Shown here in pieces: positions 29,733-38,859 of a DNA stretch of 64,000 bases. The notes under the pieces were generated by a model. It was not told the DNA's origin and did no database searches. It saw only the letters and a list, made by a program, of their open reading frames with translations. The position numbers and the translations under genes are program-made. This DNA comes from Candidatus Latescibacterota bacterium (GTDB taxonomy: Bacteria > Latescibacterota > UBA2968 > UBA8231), in contig OZ241362.1 in the NCBI GenBank assembly GCA_965200315.1, forward strand, positions 4,736,001 to 4,800,000. The letters are read 5' to 3'. Numbering within the stretch: the first letter of the stretch is position 1; each line of letters begins with the position of its first letter.

Positions 29733-29738
29733 GCCCTA

Positions 29739-31682
29739 ATGCCCGGTAATTTTACCTATCGCTCGTTCGCCGTGGGTGCGTTGCTATCGCTGGCGATCAA
29801 CATGTTCTTCGCCTATGCGCGGCTGGCGATGGCCACCGCCGGCATGTCCTCCGATTACATCACCGCTGGGGCGGTTTTCCTGTTCTTCCTGGTGGTGGCT
29901 TTTGTCAATCCCGCACTCAAGTTGATGCGCCGTTCTTGGGGCTTTAACCGCTCCGAATTGATTGTCATCTACGCGATGATGATCATTGGCTCGGCCATTC
30001 CCACGTGGGGCTTTACGGGCAATTTGATCGCCATGTTGCCCAACATCTACTACTATGCCACGCCCGAGAACAACTGGTCGGAGTTGTTGCATCCTTATGT
30101 CCGCGAGTGGATGGTGCCGCAGGATCCAGACGCGATCAAGTACTTCTTCGAGGGCCTGCCCAAGGGACAACCCATCCCTTGGGAACACTGGATGGTGCCG
30201 CTGGCGGCTTGGGTCTCGTTTATTGTGGCGATTTACCTGATGATGATCGCCATCGCGTCAATCGTCCGCCGCCAGTGGGTCGACTACGACCGCTTAACCT
30301 TTCCGCTGTTGCAGCTACCCATCGACCTGACCGAAGAAGGCAAGAGCGGGTCCATCGTCGGTCCGCTGTTCAAAAGGCCGCTTTTGTGGATCGGGTTCGC
30401 GCTGCCTGTTGTGCTGCACAGCACCAACGCCTTAAACCACTATTTCCCCTTTATCCCGGCAGTGCAGTTGCGCCACAGCATCTCGCTGTTTAACCACGCG
30501 CTGGGGCTGACGACCAATGTGAACTTTGTGGCAATAGGGCTGGCGTACTTTTTGAGCTTAGACGTGGGGTTGAGCATCTGGCTCTTCCACTTGTTGACCA
30601 AAGCTCAGATCACCACTGAGAACGTCCTCGGCTACTCGCTGCCTGGTCGCCGCGACCTGTTTATGGAAGGCTCGATGTCGGTGTCCTACGAGGGGATGGG
30701 GGCCATGCTGGTGCTGGTGCTTTACGGGCTGTGGAACAGCCGCAGCTACCTGCGGCGGGTTTGGCGCAAGGCCCTGTACAACGAGGGGAGATTGGACGAT
30801 TCGCAGGAGATTCTCTCGTATCGGGCGGCGCTCATCGTCTTGGTCTTGGCCAGCGCGTACGCTACCGGCTGGCTGATCTTATCGGGGGTGCCGTGGTGGG
30901 TCGCGCTGTTTTTCCTCTTCGTCGCCTTCTGCATCTTCTACGGGCTGACGCGCATAGTCGCCGAGGGGGGGTTGGGTTTTGCGCGGGCGCAGATGACGGC
31001 GCAGCCGTTTGTGATTGACGCGGTGGGCACGGAGGCGATAGGTCCGTCGGGGCTGGTGAGCTTGGGGATGACCTTTAGCTGGGCGGGCGATCTGCGGACG
31101 ATGGTGATGACCTCGGCGATCAATGGGCTCAAGCTTGCCGATATTGGCAAAGTGCGGGGACGGCCGCTGTTTTGGGCGCTGATGCTCTCGATTGTGGTCG
31201 GCTTGACTGGGTCCATATGGATGGTGGTGTGGATGGGATATCAGTACGGGGGCATCAATTTGGATTGGTGGTTCTACAACCGCTTCGGCGAAATAGTCCA
31301 CGGCGACTCGGCCTACAAGATCGCCAACCCAAGGCATCCCATAAGCGACTTTGGTGAGATCGGGCCGCGCTTCTTGTTCGCCGGAATCGGCGCGGGGATC
31401 ATGGGGCTGTTGATGTACGCCCGGCATCACTTTCTCTGGTGGCCGGTGCATTACCTCGGCTTCCCCATCGGCGCGACCCTGACGATCATCTGGACGTGGT
31501 TCAGCATTTTCATCGGCTGGGTCCTCAAAGCCTTGGTGCTCAAATACGGCGGCGTGACGCTCTATAGGCAGCTGCGGCCGCTGTTTTTGGGATTGATTCT
31601 GGGGCATATTTTTGTGTCGGGCTTCTGGGTGCTCTTCGACTATGTCACCGGGGAGACCGGCAATCGGATTCCGATTTTTTGA
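29739..31682 (+). CDS. Polytopic membrane protein, DUF6785/DUF6784-like (OPT-related putative transporter)
   Basis: Many TM helices; YYATPENNW, QWVDYDRLTFPL, WWPVHYLG, KYGG...RPLFLGLILG. Confidence 0.8.
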   Translation: MPGNFTYRSFAVGALLSLAINMFFAYARLAMATAGMSSDYITAGAVFLFFLVVAFVNPALKLMRRSWGFNRSELIVIYAMMIIGSAIPTWGFTGNLIAMLPNIYYYATPENNWSELLHPYVREWMVPQDPDAIKYFFEGLPKGQPIPWEHWMVPLAAWVSFIVAIYLMMIAIASIVRRQWVDYDRLTFPLLQLPIDLTEEGKSGSIVGPLFKRPLLWIGFALPVVLHSTNALNHYFPFIPAVQLRHSISLFNHALGLTTNVNFVAIGLAYFLSLDVGLSIWLFHLLTKAQITTENVLGYSLPGRRDLFMEGSMSVSYEGMGAMLVLVLYGLWNSRSYLRRVWRKALYNEGRLDDSQEILSYRAALIVLVLASAYATGWLILSGVPWWVALFFLFVAFCIFYGLTRIVAEGGLGFARAQMTAQPFVIDAVGTEAIGPSGLVSLGMTFSWAGDLRTMVMTSAINGLKLADIGKVRGRPLFWALMLSIVVGLTGSIWMVVWMGYQYGGINLDWWFYNRFGEIVHGDSAYKIANPRHPISDFGEIGPRFLFAGIGAGIMGLLMYARHHFLWWPVHYLGFPIGATLTIIWTWFSIFIGWVLKALVLKYGGVTLYRQLRPLFLGLILGHIFVSGFWVLFDYVTGETGNRIPIF

Positions 31683-31695
31683 GGGGGAAAAATCA

Positions 31696-32724
31696 ATGCA
31701 AGCAGGAGATAGAGAAAAAATTGGGCCGCACGGCTTGGAGGTAACGCGGTTGGGGTTGGGCGGCACGACCTTTGGCAACATGTACTCGGTGCTGAGCGAG
31801 CAAGAAGGGCTGGACGTGCTAGACGCGGCCTTTGCGGCCGGGGTGCGCTACTTCGACACGGCGCCGCTGTACGGCTATGGTTTGAGCGAGACGCGCTTGG
31901 GGCCGGGGCTTATGCGCTACAACCGCGACGAGATCGTCCTTTCCTCCAAGGTGGGCTATACGCTGGTGGAGCGGCAGCCCGGCGACGACTATGTCGATCT
32001 GTTCATCGATGCACCCGAACTGACTAGCTATTTCGACTTCTCGCGCGACGCGGTGCTGCGCTCGATTGAAGGGAGTTTAGCGCGGCTCAAAATGGATCGC
32101 CTCGATATGGTGCTGATCCACGACCCGGACGAGGGGCGGAGCATTGAGCCGGATTGGAGGCCGGGCGAGCGGGGGTACTTCGACCAAGTGATGGCCGAAA
32201 CGTATCCCGCGCTCGACGAGTTGCGCCAGCAAAAGGTAGTCAAGGCGATTGGCCTAGGGATGAACCAGTGGCAGATGTTAGCTGACTTCGCCCGCGCCGG
32301 GGAATTCGACGCCTTTTTGTTGGCTGGCCGCTATACGCTACTGGAGCAGGAATCGCTGCGCGAGTTGTTGCCGCTGTGCTCGGAGAAGGGAGTGCGGATC
32401 GTCATTGGCGGGCCGTACAATTCGGGGATTTTGGCTACCGGAGCGGTCGAAGGCGCGTATTACAACTACGCGCCCGCGTCGCAACAGGTGCTGGAAAAGG
32501 TGCGCCGCATCGAAGCGGTCTGCGCCCGGCACGAGGTGCCCTTGTCGGCTGCGGCGCTGCAATTCCCCTTTGGACATCCGGCGGTGGCAACCGTCATTCC
32601 CGGGGCGCGGACCGTGTCAGAAGTTGCCGCCAATGTGGATTGCCTAGCGCACGCGATTCCCGCCGACTATTGGGCCGAGCTCAAAGAGGAAGGGTTGATC
32701 GACGCGGCGGCACCGACTCCTTAG
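31696..32724 (+). CDS. Aldo/keto reductase (D-threo-aldose dehydrogenase-like)
   Basis: FDTAPLYGYGLSE, SSKVG, IHDPD, LAGRYTLLEQ. Confidence 0.9.
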   Translation: MQAGDREKIGPHGLEVTRLGLGGTTFGNMYSVLSEQEGLDVLDAAFAAGVRYFDTAPLYGYGLSETRLGPGLMRYNRDEIVLSSKVGYTLVERQPGDDYVDLFIDAPELTSYFDFSRDAVLRSIEGSLARLKMDRLDMVLIHDPDEGRSIEPDWRPGERGYFDQVMAETYPALDELRQQKVVKAIGLGMNQWQMLADFARAGEFDAFLLAGRYTLLEQESLRELLPLCSEKGVRIVIGGPYNSGILATGAVEGAYYNYAPASQQVLEKVRRIEAVCARHEVPLSAAALQFPFGHPAVATVIPGARTVSEVAANVDCLAHAIPADYWAELKEEGLIDAAAPTP

Positions 32725-32820
32725 AGCCGCAGATGGCTGCCTCTCGCATCGTTCAATCATATAGGAGCCGCTACAATCCCCTTTTAGCCCAATCCCCATG
32801 CACGCCAAGGAGTAATCACT

Positions 32821-35304
32821 ATGTCTAAGTGGCCGATGCTCAAGCACTACGATCGGGATCATCTCGCCAGCATTGCCATGCCCATTGGCGGCATAGGCAC
32901 GGGCACAGTTTCACTCGGAGGGCGCGGGGATTTGCGCGACTGGGAGTTGATGAACCGCCCGGCCAAGGGGTTTATCCCAAAGCGCGAAGGGAGCCGAGAA
33001 GGTGGCCCATTTTTTGCCCTGTACGCCAAACCCGCTGGTGGCCCCTCCGTTACCCGCGCGCTCGAAGGGCCGGTAGATGTATCCGAATACCAAGGTTCGA
33101 GCGGCAGTGTGGCGGCCAATCACGGCTTGCCGCGCTTTGCACAATGTGAGTTTGCCGCGGCCTATCCACTTGCACAGGTCCAGCTGTCCGATCCACGAGT
33201 TCCGGTCGCGGTTTGTCTCGAAGCGTTTAACCCGCTTATTCCCGCCAACGCCGATGACAGCGGCATCCCCATCGCGGTGCTGCGCTATGCGCTGACCAAT
33301 CGGACCAACAAGCGCGTCACGGCCTCGGTGTGCGGCTCGCTGCCCAATTTCATTGGCAACGATGGCGTGGAAGAGCTGGCCCGGGCCAATCGCAATCGCT
33401 TTCGCAAAGCAACGCACTGTCAGGGCATTTTCATGGACAGCAAGGGGGTTGATCCCACTGCCATCAGTTATGGCACGATGGCCCTGACCACCCCGGCCAA
33501 AACGGGTATTACCTATCGCACGGCCTGGAAAAAAGCCGGGTGGGGCACGTCGCTGCTCGACTTTTGGGACGACTTTGCCGCCGATGGCCGGGTGGAAAAG
33601 CGCTCCGGTGAAGAGGTTGGCATGCCGAGTGCCTCGCTCGTAGTGCGCACCAACATTTTGCCCAAGCAACACAAGACCATCACCTTTTTGCTGACTTGGC
33701 ACTTTCCCAATCGGCACACGTGGTCGCCGGGCGACGATCCCTACATTGGCAACTACTATGCGACTCACTATGGAGATGCGTGGGATGTGGCCTGCAAAAC
33801 CGCGCCGAGGCTCAAAAAGCTCGAACAACAGACCGTGCGCTTTGTCCAAGCCTTCACAGCAAGCGACCTGCCCGAGGTAGTAAAGGAAGCCGCCCTTTTT
33901 AATCTCAGCACCCTGCGGACCCAAACGTGCTTCCGCACCCCCGATGGACGTTTATTTGGCTGGGAGGGATACAACGATCACAGTGGCTGCTGCATGGGCT
34001 CTTGTACGCATGTGTGGAATTACGAACAAAGTACGGCGTTCCTCTTTGGCGATCTAGCCCGCACGATGCGCGATACCGAATTCAATTGCGCCACCGACGA
34101 CCATGGCATGATGAACTTTCGCGTCCATCTGCCGCTAAGTCGCGCTCAAGAATTTGGCAAAGCCGCGGCCGATGGTCAGATGGGCTGTATTATGAAGGCC
34201 TATCGCGACTGGCAGCTTTGCGGCGACGATGCCTTCCTACAATCGATTTGGCCAAAGGTCAAAAAGGCCCTTGAGTTTTGCTGGATCGAAGGGGGGTGGG
34301 ACGGCGATGGCGACGGCGTTATGGAGGGCTGTCAGCACAATACCATGGATGTTGAGTACTACGGCCCTAATCCACAAATGGGGATCTGGTATCTGGGTGC
34401 TCTGCGCGCCGGCGAGGAAATGGCAGCTCATCTGGGCGAATCCGACTTGGCGCAAACCTGCCGGCGGCTCTACGAGGGGGGCCGCGCCTACATCGACGAG
34501 CAGTTGTTCAACGGCGAATACTATGAACATCGCATTGAGCCACCCAAAAAAGTGGCCGCATCGCTGCGGCTGGGCATGGGCGCGGCCGAACTCTCCGATC
34601 CCGATTACCAACTCGGCCGCGGTTGTCTGGTCGATCAGCTCGTTGGCCAGTTTTTCGCCCACGTCTGCGGCTTGGGCTATCTGACCAAACGCGCCCATGT
34701 GCGCCAAACCCTCAGGAGCATCCGCAAATACAACCACCGCCAGAAGCTGACGGATCACTTCAACTGCATGCGCTCTTATGCCTTGGGCGATGAGTCGGCC
34801 TTGCTCATGGCGAGCTATCCCCACGAGCGGCCCGACAACCCGTTTCCCTATTTCACGGAAGTGATGACCGGGTTTGAATACACGGCGGCCATTGGCATGC
34901 TCTACGAGGGGCAGCTCAAAAACGGTCTGCAAACCATGCGCGACATTCGCAATCGCTACGACGGGGCCAAACGCAGCCCCTTTGACGAAGCCGAATGCGG
35001 CCATCACTACGCCCGGGCCATGGTTGCTTGGGCCGGGGTGCTGGCGCTGACGGGGTTTAATTATTCGGGGGTTACAAAGTCCATCGCCTTTGCCGCAGAG
35101 CAAGGGACCTTTTTCTGGTCAAATGGCACTGCTTGGGGCACGGTGCGCATTGCCCAACGCCCGTCGGGCTACCGCATTGTCTTGGATGTTTTGTATGGGC
35201 AGATCAAAATTAAGCGCTTTCGGCTGACCGGCGTGGGAGAGCACACCTTTGACCGGCAGCTCGTGCTGCGCGAGAATAGCCAACGGACCTTTGTCTTGAG
35301 ATGA
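32821..35304 (+). CDS. Glycoside hydrolase family 116 (GBA2-like)
   Basis: MPIGGIGTG, WEG...CTHVWNY, AADGQMG, QHNTMD, ECGHHYARAM. Confidence 0.9.
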   Translation: MSKWPMLKHYDRDHLASIAMPIGGIGTGTVSLGGRGDLRDWELMNRPAKGFIPKREGSREGGPFFALYAKPAGGPSVTRALEGPVDVSEYQGSSGSVAANHGLPRFAQCEFAAAYPLAQVQLSDPRVPVAVCLEAFNPLIPANADDSGIPIAVLRYALTNRTNKRVTASVCGSLPNFIGNDGVEELARANRNRFRKATHCQGIFMDSKGVDPTAISYGTMALTTPAKTGITYRTAWKKAGWGTSLLDFWDDFAADGRVEKRSGEEVGMPSASLVVRTNILPKQHKTITFLLTWHFPNRHTWSPGDDPYIGNYYATHYGDAWDVACKTAPRLKKLEQQTVRFVQAFTASDLPEVVKEAALFNLSTLRTQTCFRTPDGRLFGWEGYNDHSGCCMGSCTHVWNYEQSTAFLFGDLARTMRDTEFNCATDDHGMMNFRVHLPLSRAQEFGKAAADGQMGCIMKAYRDWQLCGDDAFLQSIWPKVKKALEFCWIEGGWDGDGDGVMEGCQHNTMDVEYYGPNPQMGIWYLGALRAGEEMAAHLGESDLAQTCRRLYEGGRAYIDEQLFNGEYYEHRIEPPKKVAASLRLGMGAAELSDPDYQLGRGCLVDQLVGQFFAHVCGLGYLTKRAHVRQTLRSIRKYNHRQKLTDHFNCMRSYALGDESALLMASYPHERPDNPFPYFTEVMTGFEYTAAIGMLYEGQLKNGLQTMRDIRNRYDGAKRSPFDEAECGHHYARAMVAWAGVLALTGFNYSGVTKSIAFAAEQGTFFWSNGTAWGTVRIAQRPSGYRIVLDVLYGQIKIKRFRLTGVGEHTFDRQLVLRENSQRTFVLR

Positions 35305-35329
35305 TCATATCGAACAAGGAGCATACAAC

Positions 35330-36085
35330 ATGACGCGCTATACCCGCATTGGCCTGACCGGGGCTAACGGCACCATCGGCCGCGTACTGCTGGCCGGCTT
35401 GGGTGCTGAGTACGAGTTCAAGGCGTTCACGCGCCGCCCGGTCGATTTCCCTTCCACTATAGTCAATTTTGACCGCGCTTCAGAGGTCGAAGGGGCCTTT
35501 GAGGGCTTGGAGGCCGTCATTCATCTGGCGGCCGATCCCAGTCCAATGGCCCCTTGGGAGCGCGTACGGGATCACAACCTCGAAGGCATGTACCAGGTGC
35601 TGGAAGCGTGCCGCCGATCTGGGGTCAGACGCTTGGTCTTTGCTTCGACCAATCACACCCAACACGGCAATACTATTTTGACCACTCCTGAGACCTTGGA
35701 TTCGTCCAAGCGCATCCGCATGCGTTTGGACGAGCCGCCTAATCCCGACTCCATGTACGCGGTTTCCAAGCTCTTTGGCGAAAACATGGGCAAGCTGTAC
35801 AGTCAGCGATACGGCCTCGAATTCGTCGGTCTGCGCATCGGCTGGATCATTGCTGAAGACGATCCGACCACCATGCGCGGCACCCCGGCCGAGGGCTATA
35901 TGCGAGCCATGTTCCTCAGCCACCGCGATTGTATTGCAGCTCATCGCCGGGCCCTAGAAGTGGACACCCAGTACCTGCTGGCCTATGTGGTTAGTGGCAA
36001 TGGGCGGCGCGTTTTTGATCTAGAGGCGACCGGGCAGGGCCTCGGTTATGTACCGCAAGACGACGCCGAGGATTACTTTCGCTGA
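35330..36085 (+). CDS. NAD-dependent epimerase/dehydrogenase (uronate dehydrogenase-like)
   Basis: TGANGTIG, IHLAA, FASTNH, YAVSK, LRIG, LSHRD. Confidence 0.88.
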   Translation: MTRYTRIGLTGANGTIGRVLLAGLGAEYEFKAFTRRPVDFPSTIVNFDRASEVEGAFEGLEAVIHLAADPSPMAPWERVRDHNLEGMYQVLEACRRSGVRRLVFASTNHTQHGNTILTTPETLDSSKRIRMRLDEPPNPDSMYAVSKLFGENMGKLYSQRYGLEFVGLRIGWIIAEDDPTTMRGTPAEGYMRAMFLSHRDCIAAHRRALEVDTQYLLAYVVSGNGRRVFDLEATGQGLGYVPQDDAEDYFR

Positions 36086-36797
36086 GTGGAGGGTCAGGAC
36101 TAGGCAAGTGCACAATGCGACGTTGGCCGCGGGCCGCGCCATCCCGAATGGTTTAACATGGTCTAATGAGCGAAGCTTATTACATGGGTATCCTTCGGCA
36201 GGGCGGAGGAAAAGCCCTGATCCCTGGAACCGCGAGCACTTTAGCAAGGCGTTCAAATACCGTAAGGGGGCGCACAGCGCGGCGGCCAAGCCACTTGCCC
36301 CGACGACGATGTTGTTGCTGTGGGGCAGAGTGGGGGCGAGCGGCGAACTCGTCCTTGAGCCGGCGTTTGTGGTCAACGCCCCGCCGGTGCTGCCGCAGAC
36401 GAGCGGTCCTTATTGGCTCATAGGTAAAGATGCCGACGGCAGCGAATTATTCGCTCTTAGCTTCGATATGGCCGCGAGCGCTGATGGGGACGGCGGCGCG
36501 GCCTTTGCTTTTGCCCTCCCAGTACAGCCGGAGTGGGCCGACGAGCTGGAGCGCATCACGCTTTCTGGTCCTAAAAGGGCGGTGACCATGGATGGCGACG
36601 GGCCTCGGTCCGTCGCCATCCTACAAGATTCCTCTACTGGGCGTGTACTAGGTATCCTGCGAGACTTAGACCCGAGGGGGCCTTTGCCGGCCGCACGGAA
36701 GGCGTTGCCGGAATCGGGTCTTGTCACCGTAAGCCGCGGCATCCCCACCCCAAGCTCGTGGATCGTTCTCTTGCCCGCCGAGGCTCCGACGCCTTGA
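36086..36797 (+). pseudogene. C-terminal fragment of a large secreted (M66 peptidase/Ig-like-associated) protein
   Basis: LLLWG...LEPAFVVNAPP...LFALSF...DGDG...FAFALP...ILRDL recalled as a C-terminal module; no credible start or RBS. Confidence 0.45.
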
Positions 36798-36946
36798 GCA
36801 GTATAGCTATCGGACGTATTTTAAGATGATGCCCAGCTCCTCGAGCTTGGCAAGTACCTCATCTCACCCCTCGGCCTCTAAGTTTGCTGTTTGCTGGATA
36901 ATTTTCTAGTCAAACTTGCTTGGGGACTTTATCAGAAAGGCATAGA

Positions 36947-37915
36947 ATGACCCCTTCCCCCCGCATCGCCAACTCGTGCCTAAGGATTCTGGACCAGAAA
37001 CTCATCCGGCACCTAACCCCCTTGCTCATCGTTGCCCTTAGTGCCCTGATGCCGCAGATGGCAGCGGCAGGTGCTTGGACGCTTGGAAAGGGCAACGTAT
37101 GGAGCAAAATCACCTACCTGTCGCAATCGACCAACGAGCATTACGATAATGACGGAAATGTTGGTGAAATTCCCGCTCGCTATAAGTCCCAGCAGGTCTA
37201 TCTCGACGTTTACTACGGTTTGAATGACCGGATCGACGTCGGCATACAGCTCCCGTATATCAGCAACGAGTTTGTAGATGTTAGCCCGGATCATCCTTTC
37301 TATGGAGCACCCGATAAAAAGGACTCGGGCTTGGGCGATATACGCGGATTCGCCAAAATCAACCTCGTCAATAGTGCCGACCTAGTGGGTACGCTGAAGT
37401 TGGGTCTCAAAGCTCCCATGGGCGAATACCGGGAAGTGCCCGAGGCCCTTTCTATAACCGGAGGTCAATGGGATTTCGACGTTGTCGCACAGCTTGGCCG
37501 GTCTTTTTACCCCGCGCCGGTGTATGCCAACGTCGATTTGGGGTATCGCCTGCGCGGAGAATACAAGGATTCCAACCCCGACGACGCCGGCGGCGTCGAC
37601 CGCACCTACACCCCGGGCGGAGAGTTCGTTTTTAATGCCGAGGCAGGCTATAACCCTATGGACAAGTTCCTCCTCGCCCTCAAGTACGAACGCATTGCAG
37701 GCGCGGAGTACGACACCATAAATAACCCCCCAGCAGGCAGTCAGGAAGAAACGCTTAACCAAAGCGTCTCCTACTTGGCTCCGACGGTCTTGGTCAACCT
37801 CCATCCCAGCCTGAGCGTCGAAGCCTCGGCGCGCACGGCGGTCAGCGGCAGCAGGTATTTCGCCGGCCAGATCTATACGGTGGGGGTTTCTTACAGCGGC
37901 AGTCTGATGCCGTAG
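36947..37915 (+). CDS. Putative outer-membrane beta-barrel (Phenol_MetA_deg-like)
   Basis: Signal peptide ending AAAGA; SGLGDI; amphipathic strands; C-terminal VGVSY. Start uncertain. Confidence 0.65.
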   Translation: MTPSPRIANSCLRILDQKLIRHLTPLLIVALSALMPQMAAAGAWTLGKGNVWSKITYLSQSTNEHYDNDGNVGEIPARYKSQQVYLDVYYGLNDRIDVGIQLPYISNEFVDVSPDHPFYGAPDKKDSGLGDIRGFAKINLVNSADLVGTLKLGLKAPMGEYREVPEALSITGGQWDFDVVAQLGRSFYPAPVYANVDLGYRLRGEYKDSNPDDAGGVDRTYTPGGEFVFNAEAGYNPMDKFLLALKYERIAGAEYDTINNPPAGSQEETLNQSVSYLAPTVLVNLHPSLSVEASARTAVSGSRYFAGQIYTVGVSYSGSLMP

Positions 37916-37947
37916 CGCGAGTAGAAAGGCCGCGCCGTTTTCTGGTT

Positions 37948-37968
37948 CCCGCTTGCGCGGGCATGACG
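37948..37968. repeat. Short palindromic interspersed repeat, copy 2
   Basis: Identical to 6322-6342. Confidence 0.75.
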
Positions 37969-37984
37969 GCGTGATGTAGTAATC

Positions 37985-38022
37985 ACAGGGGAAGGGGCTT
38001 TGGGGTCCTTTCCCCTGTTTTT
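37985..38022 (+). terminator. Intrinsic terminator
   Basis: Stem ACAGGGGAAGGGGC / GTCCTTTCCCCTGT with 6-nt loop, followed by a T run. Confidence 0.7.
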
Positions 38023-38052
38023 CGTCTTTCATCTATACAAGGAGCCATCCGC

Positions 38053-38844
38053 ATGAACACACCGAACATTACCTTGGCCTCGGGCCACTCCATCCCGCAA
38101 TTGGGGCTGGGCACTTGGATGTTGCGCGGCCAGCCGTGCAAAGACGTGGTCAAAGAGGCCCTCGAACTGGGCTATACGCATTTGGATTCGGCTTGGATGT
38201 ACGAGAATCAGGACGCCATCGGCCAAGTCCTCAAGGAGGTCGGGGCGGACCGCGACAGCCTCTTCATCACCTCCAAGATTTGGCATTCGCACCTAAAGTA
38301 CGAAGCGACCTTGGAACAGATGGAGGAGATTTTGCGCGATCTGCAGACCGAATACGTCGATCTCCTGCTCATTCACCATCCTGGGCAGGGCGTGCCGGTG
38401 GAGCGCACCTTGGCTGCTTTTGAAAAAATCTACGAGGCTGGTCAGGCCAAGAGCATTGGCATCAGCAACTTCAGCATTGAGCAGACCGATCGGGCGCGGG
38501 CCGCCACCGGCTTGCCGATCTGCACCAATCAGGTGGAATACCACCTGCGCCACAACCGCGAAAGCCTGCGCCGCCATTGCCACGCCCACAACGTGGTGCT
38601 GACGGCGCACCGCCCGCTGGCCCAAGGCGAGCTGGCCGAGGACGAGGCCCTAAAACAGGTGGCCGCCGAGCACGGCAAGACCTTGGCCCAAGTGGCCCTG
38701 AAGTGGCTTGTGCAAAAGGATATGATCGTCGTCCCCAAGGCCAGCTCAACGGCCCATTTGCGCGACAATCTGGATTTGTTTGGCTGGCAGCTAGGAGACG
38801 AGGAGATGGCGCGTCTCGACGAGGTGGGGAGCGATCCCAACTAG
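38053..38844 (+). CDS. Aldo/keto reductase (DkgB-like)
   Basis: IPQLGLGTW, DSAWMYENQ, ITSKIW, SIGISNF, NQVEYH, VPKAS. Confidence 0.93.
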   Translation: MNTPNITLASGHSIPQLGLGTWMLRGQPCKDVVKEALELGYTHLDSAWMYENQDAIGQVLKEVGADRDSLFITSKIWHSHLKYEATLEQMEEILRDLQTEYVDLLLIHHPGQGVPVERTLAAFEKIYEAGQAKSIGISNFSIEQTDRARAATGLPICTNQVEYHLRHNRESLRRHCHAHNVVLTAHRPLAQGELAEDEALKQVAAEHGKTLAQVALKWLVQKDMIVVPKASSTAHLRDNLDLFGWQLGDEEMARLDEVGSDPN

Positions 38845-38859
38845 GTCGCTGCGGTTGGT

